Part shown: in pieces, positions 51,099 to 61,742 of the stretch
Layout of the letters: the number at the start of each line of letters is the position of its first letter
Numbering within the stretch: position 1 is the first letter of the stretch
Source of the DNA: Opitutales bacterium
GTDB lineage: Bacteria > Verrucomicrobiota > Verrucomicrobiia > Opitutales > UBA2987
NCBI GenBank assembly: GCA_965226885.1
Contig: CBDDEL010000014.1
Location: 160,001-224,000, forward strand
DNA: 64,000 nucleotides
Direction: 5' to 3'
Position numbers and translations under genes: made by a program
Notes under the pieces: model-generated
Database searches by the model: none
What the model was told of the DNA's origin: nothing
What the model saw: the letters and a program-made list of their open reading frames with translations, nothing else

Positions 51099-52915
51099 GA
51101 GGCTGTCCCAAAAGGGTGATTTTTGCGAGGGCTTTTGATAGGCGCTCATTTTAGAGGTATTTGCATTTGGGAGAGTATCAACTTTGCTCTCCTATGACGT
51201 TAGGATACTGGTTTTGGGGTCCGGTTGCCTGGTTTTCTTTGTATGAGCCGACAGTAAGGCTGTGAAAAAGTATTGTCCTTGCTTTTCCGCTCTCTAGGCC
51301 GCCGCTTTGGTTTTTAGTTCGTCTTGCTGGGCCAGCATCTTGGCTACTTTCCATAGGTTGTGCGAGAGTACCGACCAGGCTACGCTGATCGAGCGGTTGG
51401 CAAAGCCTTTGCTGCGCAACCGCCCGGCCTGCCAGCGATTCTTCAATACCCCGATCCGCCCTTCGGTGCTGGCCCGGCGCTTTTGCAATTGTCTGAACAG
51501 TGGTTCCTCCCTCCGTTTTTTCAACTGCTTCGGATCGCGTGGACAGAGCGCGTCGTAGATTCCCTCCTGGGCTAACTGCCGGCGGGCCCGCTGGGAGGCA
51601 AATCCCCGGTCCGCGCACATGGCCGCTATGGGTTCTTCCAGGTTGAAGCGGTTCTGTCTTTGCAAACTCTCTTGCATTTGTTCATTTTCGCTTGGAGTTC
51701 GGCTGCCGTAGAGTTTCCAGTCCAGCAGGTACCCTTCAACGCTTTCTCCCAAAAACAGGGTGTTGCCGAACTCGACCTCTTGGCCCGCTTTACCTCGCAC
51801 AATCACCTGCCCATCGAGTTCGTAAACACTCAAGACTTTCTCTGCGTTTTTCACCTGGCGGCCGCCAATGATCCGCTCGTGCGCCTGTTTGATGACCACC
51901 GGGATTTGCTCGCTCATGCGCTCCATCCGGGCGAGGATCTGTTGGACCTGTTTTTCGCTGTAATCGCTTTGCTCCCAGCAGGCTTGCAATAATTCCCGGT
52001 GACTGCGGGCATGCTCCCCGATCCGTTTGAGCAGCTTTTTCATCTGCCTCAAGATACCCTTGCGCTGCCGCGCGCTGTCCTTTCGCCGCCGGCTGTGGGT
52101 CATCTGTATGCACAGCCGATTCATCTGCCGAGCCAAGGGCTCCGGTTCGATCGGCATGCGATGGCGCAAACCGGCCTTCTCGCGGATCAGCCGGATCGCT
52201 TTGAGCAACGTGCCGGCTACATCCTTGAGTAATACCCAGTCCGTCGGCCAATGAATGTTAGCCTCCAAACAGGTGCCGTCGATCAGGCAAATGGTGGTGT
52301 CAATCGGCTTGTCCAATCCCACCTGCCGGGCCAGAAGGGCATCGCCCACCACCTCAGTCAAGGTCCGGTGCAAGGCCCTCAACTGCTCTTCGCTGAAAAA
52401 CTTCGAGGCCCGCTCCAGGGTGCTTTTGGAGATGCCCCTGATGCCATCGATCTGCCGGACACGGCAAAAGTCGGCCAACAGATCGCTGCTGCCCAGAGCC
52501 CGCGACAAATGCCGAAACGAAATCCCTCCGAGCAGACGGCCCAGCGTATCCATGCGCAGTGCCTTGATGGCAAAACTGGCCCGCTGCCGCCGGGCCTTTA
52601 GACCCATTGGCTGCCACCCCTCCAAGGCCAGCTCAATGGCCTGCGATTCCACCTCCGAGTCGATCAGCAGCCGATCGATTCGATCAATGGTGGCGCGGAA
52701 GTTATCGTCATCGAGGCACCGGTCGACCACAGTTAAAGCTGGACGCAGGAGGCATTGGATGGCTATATTTTTCATAGAAAGGGCTATATTGATTTTCGCT
52801 AACTCAATTATAGAACCCTTTTTTGGCCGGATCGAGCAAAAACTTGCTCTTTCCGGCTCTTTTTATCAACGTCATCCAGTTGACTATAAAATCTTTATAT
52901 TTTTGGGACAGCCTC
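51099..52915 (-). mobile_element. IS with IS5-like (ISNCY-type) DDE transposase
   Basis: 15-bp IR GAGGCTGTCCCAAAA, flanked by TATATA on both sides. Confidence 0.88.
51294..52775 (-). CDS. Transposase (493 aa)
   Basis: IDGTCLEANIHWPTD, RGKAGQEVEFG, ADRGF, RASTEGRIG. Confidence 0.88.
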   Translation of the reverse strand: MKNIAIQCLLRPALTVVDRCLDDDNFRATIDRIDRLLIDSEVESQAIELALEGWQPMGLKARRQRASFAIKALRMDTLGRLLGGISFRHLSRALGSSDLLADFCRVRQIDGIRGISKSTLERASKFFSEEQLRALHRTLTEVVGDALLARQVGLDKPIDTTICLIDGTCLEANIHWPTDWVLLKDVAGTLLKAIRLIREKAGLRHRMPIEPEPLARQMNRLCIQMTHSRRRKDSARQRKGILRQMKKLLKRIGEHARSHRELLQACWEQSDYSEKQVQQILARMERMSEQIPVVIKQAHERIIGGRQVKNAEKVLSVYELDGQVIVRGKAGQEVEFGNTLFLGESVEGYLLDWKLYGSRTPSENEQMQESLQRQNRFNLEEPIAAMCADRGFASQRARRQLAQEGIYDALCPRDPKQLKKRREEPLFRQLQKRRASTEGRIGVLKNRWQAGRLRSKGFANRSISVAWSVLSHNLWKVAKMLAQQDELKTKAAA

Positions 52916-53003
52916 TATATAGGCTATCTCGAGATAAAAAGAAATTCTTTAATTTGAAATTTTTTTCTTTGGAAAATCTTTTATTTACCTTAGCTATGAT
53001 TTC

Positions 53004-53726
53004 ATGAATTTATATCCGGCAATCGACTTACGGCAGGGGCGCGTAGTGCGTCTTGAGCAGGGTAGGGTGGAACGGGAAACCGTTTACTATGATGATCCCT
53101 CGATACCGGCCGGACTCTGGAAGGATGCTGGGGCGCAATGGCTCCATGTGGTTGATCTGGATGGCGCTTTTAGCGGTCGTCCGCAAAACTGGGCCGCTAT
53201 TGAAAAAATTGCCTCCAGCGGGCTTAAGATTCAAATGGGCGGCGGTATGCGGCGTCGGCAGGATATTGAGCGGGCTTTCGAGAGCGGGGTGTCGAGGGTC
53301 GTTTTGGGCACCAGCGCAGTAGAGGACGGTGAATTTCTGCAATCCATGGTTGAGCGATTCAGCTCCCGTATTGCCGTTGGAATCGATGCCCGCTATGGCA
53401 AAGTGGCTCTGAGGGGATGGGTTGATGAAACTGAGATGACGGCCCTCGATCTCGCCCGGCGGGTTGCTTCTGTCGGTGTGGAAACGATTATATTCACCGA
53501 TATTTCCACCGACGGCATGTTGACCGGGCCGAATTTCGCGGCTCAAGAGGAGATGCTGGAAACGATTCCCATACGTCTGATTGCCTCCGGCGGGGTGGCT
53601 TCTTCAGGCGATGTGCGGAAATTTCAAATCCTGTCGGAAAGCTATCCAAACCTGGAGGGGGTCATTATCGGGAAAGCGCTTTATGATGGCAAAATAAATC
53701 TGGGTGATTGGGTCGGCCGAGACTAA
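53004..53726 (+). CDS. hisA: ProFAR isomerase
   Basis: YPAIDL, HVVDLDGA, GGGMR, TDISTDG, ASGGV. Confidence 0.95.
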   Translation: MNLYPAIDLRQGRVVRLEQGRVERETVYYDDPSIPAGLWKDAGAQWLHVVDLDGAFSGRPQNWAAIEKIASSGLKIQMGGGMRRRQDIERAFESGVSRVVLGTSAVEDGEFLQSMVERFSSRIAVGIDARYGKVALRGWVDETEMTALDLARRVASVGVETIIFTDISTDGMLTGPNFAAQEEMLETIPIRLIASGGVASSGDVRKFQILSESYPNLEGVIIGKALYDGKINLGDWVGRD

Positions 53727-55120
53727 CTTTTCTTATTTGCCGTAATCGCATCGGCAATTTCCTCGATCGGGTAGGTCCAGATTTCCGATAGGGTGGGGTG
53801 GTACCAATGGGCTTTCAAGAGGTCGAACACGGTCGCCTCCAATGCCACCGCCACGGCCATGGAGTGGATCAGCTCGCCGGCATCTTTTCCCACACATTCG
53901 GCCCCCAGGACGACCCCGCGCGATGGTTCGGCCAAAACTTTTACATAACCGTATTTGGCCTCCATGAGGATTGATTTGCCATGATCGTTGAAGGGGTAAT
54001 CCGCCGTTAAATAGGAAATATTCCTGTCCCGCAATTCCGCTTCCGTTATCCCTGTGGCGGCGATTTGAGGATCGGTGAAAATGATTTTCGTCAAATGATC
54101 GTAATTGACCGGTTTCGGGTTCAAGCCGGCTGCATGGCGGGCCGCCACCTCACCCTGCAGGATGGCTACGTGCACGATTTCGTGCGGACCGGCGGCGTCT
54201 CCGGCAGCGTAGACTTGAGGATTGGTTGATTGTTGGATGGAATTTGTTTTGATATGCCCGCTGGGGAGTAGTTCAACCCCGGCATTTTCCAGGCCCAGGT
54301 TTGCTGTATTGGGTTTACGGCCCAAGGCGTTGAACAGATAGGCGGCTTCTTTGACGACTTCCCGCCCATCGGCCTGAAAGGTCACCCGGAAATCGTCACC
54401 CGCCCTCTCGATTCCGGTAATTCGGGTTTCCGTGTGCAATTCGATGCCCTCATCGCGAAAGGCTTGCATGACGACTTTGGCCGATGAGGCGGAAGCTTCC
54501 CTCAATATCAGGGGGCTTCGCTGTATCTGGATGACTTTTGAGCCCATGCGGTTGAGAAATTGAGTCAATTCACAGGCCACCACCCCGCCGCCCAAAACGA
54601 TGATCGATTCCGGCAGGTGGTCCAGGTCGATTACGTTGTCGCTGGTCATGGCTGAGTCGGGTTCCAGTCCTGGAAGTGGCGGGAAGTTGACCACCGAACC
54701 GGTTGAGACCAGAAAGGCATCTGCGGTCAGCTCCGATCCATCGTCCAAACGAATAGTTTTGTCGTCCAGAAAACGAGCGGAATTGCGGTAAAGCTGGTAT
54801 TTACCGGATTGCAATTGCCCTGCCCTGTATTCGGAAAATTCACCGATGATTCGCTTTTTGCGCTCGTGGACGGCCGCCATGTCGGCTTTGGCCGAGGGGA
54901 TATCGAGCCCGAAAGTGGCTCCGTGGCGGGCATGATGGAGCACCTCGGCAATGTAGAGAAGGGTTTTCGACGGCATGCAGCCGCGCAGAATGCATAACCC
55001 TCCTAGCTCGGCAGCATTATCCACCACGGCCACGCTTTCGCTGGAATCCCTATAAGTGCTGGCGGCTGCATAACCGGCACTGCCCCCACCCAAAACAATA
55101 AATTCAAAGTGTTTGTTCAC
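53723..55120 (-). CDS. Class I pyridine nucleotide-disulfide oxidoreductase (dihydrolipoamide dehydrogenase family)
   Basis: GGGSAG, GGLCILRGCMPSK, HPTLSE. Confidence 0.88.
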   Translation of the reverse strand: MNKHFEFIVLGGGSAGYAAASTYRDSSESVAVVDNAAELGGLCILRGCMPSKTLLYIAEVLHHARHGATFGLDIPSAKADMAAVHERKKRIIGEFSEYRAGQLQSGKYQLYRNSARFLDDKTIRLDDGSELTADAFLVSTGSVVNFPPLPGLEPDSAMTSDNVIDLDHLPESIIVLGGGVVACELTQFLNRMGSKVIQIQRSPLILREASASSAKVVMQAFRDEGIELHTETRITGIERAGDDFRVTFQADGREVVKEAAYLFNALGRKPNTANLGLENAGVELLPSGHIKTNSIQQSTNPQVYAAGDAAGPHEIVHVAILQGEVAARHAAGLNPKPVNYDHLTKIIFTDPQIAATGITEAELRDRNISYLTADYPFNDHGKSILMEAKYGYVKVLAEPSRGVVLGAECVGKDAGELIHSMAVAVALEATVFDLLKAHWYHPTLSEIWTYPIEEIADAITANKKS

Positions 55121-55251
55121 TTAATCTTCCTGATGAAAATCAACAGGCAATCGTCAACATTATCAATCCAAAAAATTGGGTGGGTAAAAGATGCAGGGAA
55201 AATGATGGGATTTGTTTTGATCTATATTTATCTAGCAGTTTGAAATATTCC

Positions 55252-56798
55252 ATGCCAACAAATATAAAGTCATTTTGGCGGGATCTTCTTGTCCTTTTAC
55301 CTATATTGGCTGGAGTTTTGGCAACAAAGGCTAACGTCGATTTAACGCAAATCGATATTAACTCCCCGCCGCCGGGAGTTTTTTGGGAAGACTGGCAGGA
55401 AGTATATTTGGGTGAAAACAAGATCGGCTATTCCAGGACTGTTTTTTCCCGCGCGGCAGATTGCATTTATTCCACCAACCTGATGTCGATGCGTCTTGCC
55501 CGCGGCGCGGTGGCTGTTTCCATGGAAACGGAGCAATCAACCGTGGAAACGCTTTCAGGGGAGCCCATTTCCTTTTCCCTGAAAATACTCATGGGCAGCA
55601 TTCCGGTGTCAATTGAGGGAGAGATTTCAGGTGAGCTTTTGCGAGTCACGACTAGTCAGGCGGGAATTCTTCAGTCAAAGGAGTATCCCTGGACGAAAGG
55701 AACTCTCCTGCTCTGGGGGGTCACCCGGGAGACCCTGCGGCGCGGGTTCGAGCCCGGCACGGAATACCGGCTTCCCATGTTCAACCCGGAGGTGCAACTG
55801 GATGGCCCGGTGCAGACCGATATCAATATAGGAGAAATGGAATCCTTTGCCGTAAGGGGGAAAATGGTCACGGGCCAAAAGGTGGCAACGCTCATGCATA
55901 TGGGCATGGGTTCGCTGGAAAGCATTTACTGGGTGGATGAAACGGGCCGGGCGCTGAAAACCGTTATGCCCATGGGGGGCATGGAACTGACTCTTTATGC
56001 ATCCGATGAATCGACTGCCCTGACAGATTATGTTCCCGCCGATATGTTCGAGTTTACCCTCCTGGACCTGTCCGAGAAGATTCCCGATAATGCAGCCGCA
56101 GTTACATATGCCGTTAATTATTTAAAATCCCTGGATAATTCCTTTCCCTGGCCAGAATATTATTCGCAGAGCATTCTCAAATCGGATGCGTCCGGCGCGT
56201 TAATTAAAATCGTGCGGGCCAATCACGAATCCCTGCCGGAAAATCCCGGCGGAGGAGCGGAAAGTATGGATCCCTCCCGCTACCTAAGCGGTAACCCCAA
56301 CATGAATATTGAGGATGAAAAATTGATCGAACTTGCGGCAGAAGCGGTCGGTCAATATTCGGGTTCCGTTGAGAAGGCCGATAGGCTAAGGCAATTTGCC
56401 AGCCGCTTCATTTCTCAAAAATCGCTATCCGTCGGTTTCGCCACGGCCAGCGAGGTCGCCCGGAAACCCGCCGGCGACTGCACCGAGCACGCCGTCTTTC
56501 TGGCCGCTCTCGGTCGCATAAAGGGGCTGCCAACGCGTATAGCGGTCGGCTTGGCCTATGTGGCGAATTACCAGGGAAGGCAAAATATATTAGGATTCCA
56601 CATGTGGACCCAGTTTTACCTGCACGGCCGCTGGGTGGATTTCGACGCGACGCAGCTCTGGGGGAAAGCGAAACCTCACCCACCAGGATTGCCTTTTACA
56701 CCGGATCGCTGGATGAAAGCAGCCTTTTCGACATGACCTTGCCGCTGATGCGTTTAATGGGTAATCTTAAAATTGAAATAGTCTCCATTTCCTATTGA
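55252..56798 (+). pseudogene. Exported transglutaminase-like protein; C-terminus frameshifted by a 5-bp duplication
   Basis: GDCTEHA, FHMW, WVDFD triad. GACGC x2 at 56644-56653; removing one copy gives FDAALGESETSPTRIAF. Confidence 0.78.
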
Positions 56799-56833
56799 GT
56801 TCAAAATCTAAAGAATGCTTAACTTATTATCCG

Positions 56834-58423
56834 ATGAAAATATTGATCGCTGACAAAATCTCCGATGCGGGAATCGATTATTTAAAAGAACAGACCGGCT
56901 TTGAGGTAGTCGTAGCCGTTGGCTCCGCGCCGGATCGGCTGATGGAGTTAATCTTCGATGCGGCGGCCGTTATCGTACGCAGTGAAACCAAAATTACGGT
57001 CGAGGTCATCGCCGCGGCCCAATCGCTTAAAGTGATCGCCAGAGCCGGAGTGGGAGTGGACAATGTGGACCTGGAGGCAGCCACCGAGCGCGGTATCGTA
57101 GTGATGAACGCGCCCAGCGGCAACACCAACGCTACAGCGGAACTGACTATCACCCACATGCTCTGCGCGGCCCGGCCCATCTGCCAGGCGGACGCTTCCA
57201 TGCGGCAGGGCCAGTGGGACCGGAAGCAGTTCATCGGCACGGAACTTTTCGGCAAAACAGTCGGCATTCTCGGCCTTGGACGGGTGGGCACCGAAGTGGC
57301 CAAACGAGCCCAATCCTTCGGGATGAAAGTAATTGCCTGCGATCCCTACCTGGCGCCCGAGCGCGGGCAAGCCCTCGATGTCGAATCGGTCGAGTTTGAG
57401 GAGATTTTGAAACGGGCCGATTTTATTTCCGTGCACATGCCCTTGACCGAAAAGTCTCGCGGGTTGATAAATGCCGCCGTCATTGCCCAGATGAAAGACG
57501 GCGTTCGCATCATAAACTGTGCCAGGGGCGGAATCGTGGTGGAAGCCGATTTGGTAACGGCATTAAAAAGCGGCAAAGTCTCGGCAGCTGGCCTCGACGT
57601 TTACGAGGAAGAGCCCGTTGCCCCGGAAAGCGAATTGAGGAAGCTGCCGGGATTGGTGATGACTCCGCATCTGGGCGCATCCACCCGCGAAGCCCAGCAA
57701 AGCGTGGGCCTGGAAGTTGCCAAGGGAGTGGCCGGCTTCCTCAAAGAGGGGATCGTCGTCAATGCGCTCAATATGCCCTCGGTTGAGTTGGGAACCCTGA
57801 AAATACTGAAGCCCTATCTGGAACTAGGGGAAAAGCTGGGCAGGGTTTTGCAGCAAATCGTCAATCCGAGCATCGAGAAGTTGAGAATCACTTACTGGGG
57901 AAGAATTATCGGGTTGGAGACTCTTCCGCTCACCCGCAGCATTCAGACTGGTTATCTACGCAACATTGGCGGGGAAAATGTCAATGCGGTGAACGCGCCT
58001 CATTATATGAAGCGGTTGGGCATCAAGGTAATCGTCACTCAATCGGACAGCGATCGGGACTATACGGAGTTAGTGCGGGTCGAGGCCGTCGATGCGGATA
58101 AGAACCTCTCCAGCGTGGAGGGAACCTTGATCGGGTTAAAGCAATCACCGAGAATCGTGCGCATCAACCGGAGGGAAGTGGAGACCAGTATGGACGGAAA
58201 TTTGCTCATCCTCGAACACGTGGATATGCCCGGAATCATTGGTATGGTGGGAAGCGTCCTGGGCCGGGATAAGGTCAACATTGCCAGCATGTCCTTGAGC
58301 CGCAACACCCTGGGGGGACTTGCCCTTACGGTTTTGCAGTTGGACAGTTTGCCCGGCAAAAAGACCTTGGATGAGATTACCTCTCCTGAGGCAATAAAAA
58401 AGACCCACCTGGTGGAATTATAG
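56834..58423 (+). CDS. serA: D-3-phosphoglycerate dehydrogenase
   Basis: RAGVGVDN, GLGRVG, NCARGG, TPHLGAST, C-terminal ACT domain. Confidence 0.95.
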   Translation: MKILIADKISDAGIDYLKEQTGFEVVVAVGSAPDRLMELIFDAAAVIVRSETKITVEVIAAAQSLKVIARAGVGVDNVDLEAATERGIVVMNAPSGNTNATAELTITHMLCAARPICQADASMRQGQWDRKQFIGTELFGKTVGILGLGRVGTEVAKRAQSFGMKVIACDPYLAPERGQALDVESVEFEEILKRADFISVHMPLTEKSRGLINAAVIAQMKDGVRIINCARGGIVVEADLVTALKSGKVSAAGLDVYEEEPVAPESELRKLPGLVMTPHLGASTREAQQSVGLEVAKGVAGFLKEGIVVNALNMPSVELGTLKILKPYLELGEKLGRVLQQIVNPSIEKLRITYWGRIIGLETLPLTRSIQTGYLRNIGGENVNAVNAPHYMKRLGIKVIVTQSDSDRDYTELVRVEAVDADKNLSSVEGTLIGLKQSPRIVRINRREVETSMDGNLLILEHVDMPGIIGMVGSVLGRDKVNIASMSLSRNTLGGLALTVLQLDSLPGKKTLDEITSPEAIKKTHLVEL

Positions 58424-58529
58424 GCGGACCATCGAACCGAAGGGCGAAGCCGATGAGGGTCAGCCCTTAGCTTTGCGCCTTTATCGTTAGAAACGAAGGA
58501 AGGTGAATTGGCCTGGAATCGGGGTTTTC

Positions 58530-58976
58530 TCAGGATACGTCCTGGCCGTGAATATAGGCCAGGAGGTTGTGGCTGTAGCTCTTGTTCTCCTGCAATGTGC
58601 GGATCATTAAATCGCCGATGGAGACGACGCCCATAAGTCGTTCGTCATCGACAATGGGCAAATGCCGAAACTTTTCCGTCGTCATGATTGTCATCGCTTC
58701 GCTGACAGATATGGATGAATTCTCGGTGTGCAGGTTTGTCGTCATAACCTGCTGAACGAGGGTCGTATTTGGGTCCATCTGGGCGTCGACCACCCTCACG
58801 AGCACATCCCTTTCGGTAAAAATACCCAACAGCCGCTTGCCCCGGTGGACGAGGAGCGCCCCGATTTTATTCTGATTCATCAACTGAACCGCTTCCATCA
58901 CGGTCGCTTCCGGTTCAATACTGTGAACAAGGCCGCCCTTGTTCTTGAGAATGGTGCCAAGTTTCGAATCTAACAT
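58530..58976 (-). CDS. CBS-domain protein
   Basis: GIFTERD, FRHLPIV, GVVSIGDL. Confidence 0.88.
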   Translation of the reverse strand: MLDSKLGTILKNKGGLVHSIEPEATVMEAVQLMNQNKIGALLVHRGKRLLGIFTERDVLVRVVDAQMDPNTTLVQQVMTTNLHTENSSISVSEAMTIMTTEKFRHLPIVDDERLMGVVSIGDLMIRTLQENKSYSHNLLAYIHGQDVS

Positions 58977-59039
58977 CGTTTCACATTTAATGCGTTCAAG
59001 TTTTATTTATCAATATTTATTCTTGGTAATATTTTTGGA

Positions 59040-59768
59040 TTATTCGGCATCAAGTGAAAATGCCTGGAAATGAGGGCCGGCCTGATGGCAAACGGCTTTC
59101 AGGGTCGCCATTGAAGATTTAAAATGTTTGTTCAGGCGTGCCAGGTTTTTCCATTCGCCAGGTTTGAATAGAGCGCCGGATAAAAAACGAAACCACTTTA
59201 TGCGCCCCCATTCATCAATGCTGTGGGACACAAAATCCGGGATCGGGTCGTCCGTGCAATCGGCAATTACGCGAATGGCCAAAAATGGTGCATTCTTTTC
59301 CATGGCCGCCAGGGCCAGGGCGCCGCTTTCCATATCCGCGGCCAAGGCCCCGGTTTTATTTTTCAGGGCAGACCTTTCATGATTGTTTTTTAAGATCGTG
59401 GGGCTTTCCGCAAGAGAACCGACAGCGATCATTTCCAACTCCAAGGAGGAAAGCGTCACGTTGAGTCGTTCGTGCCACATATTATGGACGGGGCTTTTGC
59501 GGCCATCGCCATGAAAAATAGTTTGCGGCAGAAAGAGGCTTCCGGGTTTCAGCCCTTCTTCGAGAGCGGTAGCGCAACCCCAACTGAGAATGACACCGGC
59601 TCCGTTTTCAAGTAGGGCTCGTCCCGCCGCGAGGGCTTTTTCCGGGCCGATGCCGGAGTGAATGGCGATCACGTCGTGGCCGAGATCGAAAGGTTCGCCG
59701 GGAGGTGGGATTTTCCTCGTGAGGCATTGCAATTCCCCAGGCATAGCCGCGCTGATGCCCAGCTTCAT
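59040..59768 (-). CDS. hpnG: Hopanoid-associated phosphorylase
   Basis: PNP/UDP-phosphorylase fold (ADMES, IRVIAD). Overlaps the shc stop. Confidence 0.8.
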   Translation of the reverse strand: MKLGISAAMPGELQCLTRKIPPPGEPFDLGHDVIAIHSGIGPEKALAAGRALLENGAGVILSWGCATALEEGLKPGSLFLPQTIFHGDGRKSPVHNMWHERLNVTLSSLELEMIAVGSLAESPTILKNNHERSALKNKTGALAADMESGALALAAMEKNAPFLAIRVIADCTDDPIPDFVSHSIDEWGRIKWFRFLSGALFKPGEWKNLARLNKHFKSSMATLKAVCHQAGPHFQAFSLDAE

Positions 59769-61699
59769 GGATTGTTCGAAGTCTTCGAAAGGTGGTTCTT
59801 GTAACGGGCCAAGGCCCAGAGTGGAAAAAATTTATCGTATCCGTGGTATTTTAGAAAAAAGACCTTGGGGAACCCCGGAGCGGTAAATTCGATGTCTTCC
59901 CAAAGGCCGTCTTTTTCCTGGTTGGCCAGAAGAAACCCGATGCCTCGCTCGACCGCCTCGCAATCCACTTCCCCTGCCGCCATCAAGCCGAGCAATGCCC
60001 ATGCCGTGTGAAATGAATTGCTTCTCCACTTTTTATGCTTCAATTCCGCCGGTTGGTAGTAGGTATCGTTACCCTCGCCCCAGCCTCCGTCCGCTTGCTG
60101 CACCTGTTTCAGCCATTTCACGGCTTTTTTGACATGAGGGTTTTCTCCCCCGATCCCGGCGTGTTCCAATCCTGCCAGGACGGACCAGGTTCCGTATATG
60201 TAATTGGTGCCCCAGCGGCCAAACCAGGAACCATTCTCCTCCTGTTCCCGATAGAGGTATTGCAGGCATCGTTCCACGACCGGCCGGTAACGTTCGTGTT
60301 TTTCGATCAAGGGGGCCAGCAGCATGACGCATCGGGCGCTGACGTCGCTGGTGGGAGGGTCGAGCAGGGCGCCGTGATCGGCGAAGGGTATCTCGTTGAG
60401 GTAATAATTGGCGTTGTCGGCGTCGAAGGCGGCGAATCCATCATTTTTCGACTGCATTCCGCAAAGCCAGTCGGCGGCGCGTTCAATGTTTTCCTCGTAG
60501 CGTTCCAGGCCCGTTTGCCACATGGCGAAAGCCACCACCGCGGTGTCGTCGAGATCGGGATAATAGTCGTTGCGGAACTGGAAAGCCCAGCCGCCTCCCT
60601 TTAGTCCGGGCCGGTATTCGCGCCAATCCCCCGGTTCTTCCAGGAGCTGTCTTGGCACCAGCCAGTCGAGCGCCCGTTCGATCGATTCTTCGTTTTCAGA
60701 GCCTTGGCCGGCCGCTTCCTGCAAAGCCAGAACGGCCAGGCCGGTGTCCCACACGGGTGAAACGCAGGGTTGGCAATAGGCGCGCTTTTCATCCACCACC
60801 AGGAGTTTGCGCAGAGCCTCCCGGGCGACAACCAGGTCTGGATGATCGCGGGGGTAGCCGAGGCATTCGAGGGCCTCTACGGCATTGACCATGGCCGGAA
60901 AAATGGCCCCCAGGCCGCCATCGCCGTTGAGCCGGTCCAGGATCCAGTTTTCCGCTTTTTTAAAAGCCCTTTTTCGTACCGTGGCCGGGATGAGTGGTTC
61001 GATCAGGCGGCCCAATTTATCGATTGCGATAAAAACGTAATTGAGGCGGGAGCGAATGGGGAAATATTTTTTCTCATCCTCCGGGGGGGTGACGAACAAT
61101 TCCCGGATGCCTGTTTTTTGCGCGTTCACCGCTTTGGGTTTTACGGTGCATAAAATGAAGAGGGGAATCATTACGGTCCGCGACCAGTAGGAGACTTTTG
61201 AGATGTGAAAGAAAAACCATTTCGGCAAAAGCATGATCTCGACTGGAATGAAGGGGACGCCTCGCCAGGGAAGCTGCTCGAATAACGCCAGGGCGATGCG
61301 AGTGAAGACATTGCAGCGGGCCGCGCCTCCCTGGGCCAGAATCGCTTCCCTCGCCCGGCGCATGTGGGGCAGATCCGGGTCGTCCCCCGAAATTTTTAAG
61401 GCGTAGTAGGTTTTAACGGAGCAACTGAGGTTCATCTCTCCACCATAATATAAAGGCCAGCCGCCGTCCGCGCCCTGCCGCTCGCGCAAATAGACGCAGA
61501 TTTTCGATTGCAGTTCTGCCTCCACCTCTCCCCGGAAGTGCATCATGAGGATGTATTCGGCCGAGATGGTGCAATCGGCCTCCAACTCGAAACACCAGTA
61601 TCCGTCCTCGTGCTGAAGGTCGAGAATCCCTTGCCGGGCCCGGTTTAAAGCACTTTCCAAGGCGGAGGGAGAATTGACCAGCGCTTGATCGTTTGGCAT
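59765..61699 (-). CDS. shc: Squalene-hopene cyclase
   Basis: YPDLDDTA (DxDD), QW repeats, GRWGTNY, APGFP. Confidence 0.95.
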   Translation of the reverse strand: MPNDQALVNSPSALESALNRARQGILDLQHEDGYWCFELEADCTISAEYILMMHFRGEVEAELQSKICVYLRERQGADGGWPLYYGGEMNLSCSVKTYYALKISGDDPDLPHMRRAREAILAQGGAARCNVFTRIALALFEQLPWRGVPFIPVEIMLLPKWFFFHISKVSYWSRTVMIPLFILCTVKPKAVNAQKTGIRELFVTPPEDEKKYFPIRSRLNYVFIAIDKLGRLIEPLIPATVRKRAFKKAENWILDRLNGDGGLGAIFPAMVNAVEALECLGYPRDHPDLVVAREALRKLLVVDEKRAYCQPCVSPVWDTGLAVLALQEAAGQGSENEESIERALDWLVPRQLLEEPGDWREYRPGLKGGGWAFQFRNDYYPDLDDTAVVAFAMWQTGLERYEENIERAADWLCGMQSKNDGFAAFDADNANYYLNEIPFADHGALLDPPTSDVSARCVMLLAPLIEKHERYRPVVERCLQYLYREQEENGSWFGRWGTNYIYGTWSVLAGLEHAGIGGENPHVKKAVKWLKQVQQADGGWGEGNDTYYQPAELKHKKWRSNSFHTAWALLGLMAAGEVDCEAVERGIGFLLANQEKDGLWEDIEFTAPGFPKVFFLKYHGYDKFFPLWALARYKNHLSKTSNNP

Positions 61700-61742
61700 G
61701 CCTTTGATTTTAAGTAAAATTAGTTTCGTTTATCGGGAATTT

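Noticed and set aside
53723..55120. Mercuric reductase MerA
   Set aside because: No C-terminal Cys-Cys pair, no N-terminal metal-binding domain and no mer genes nearby.
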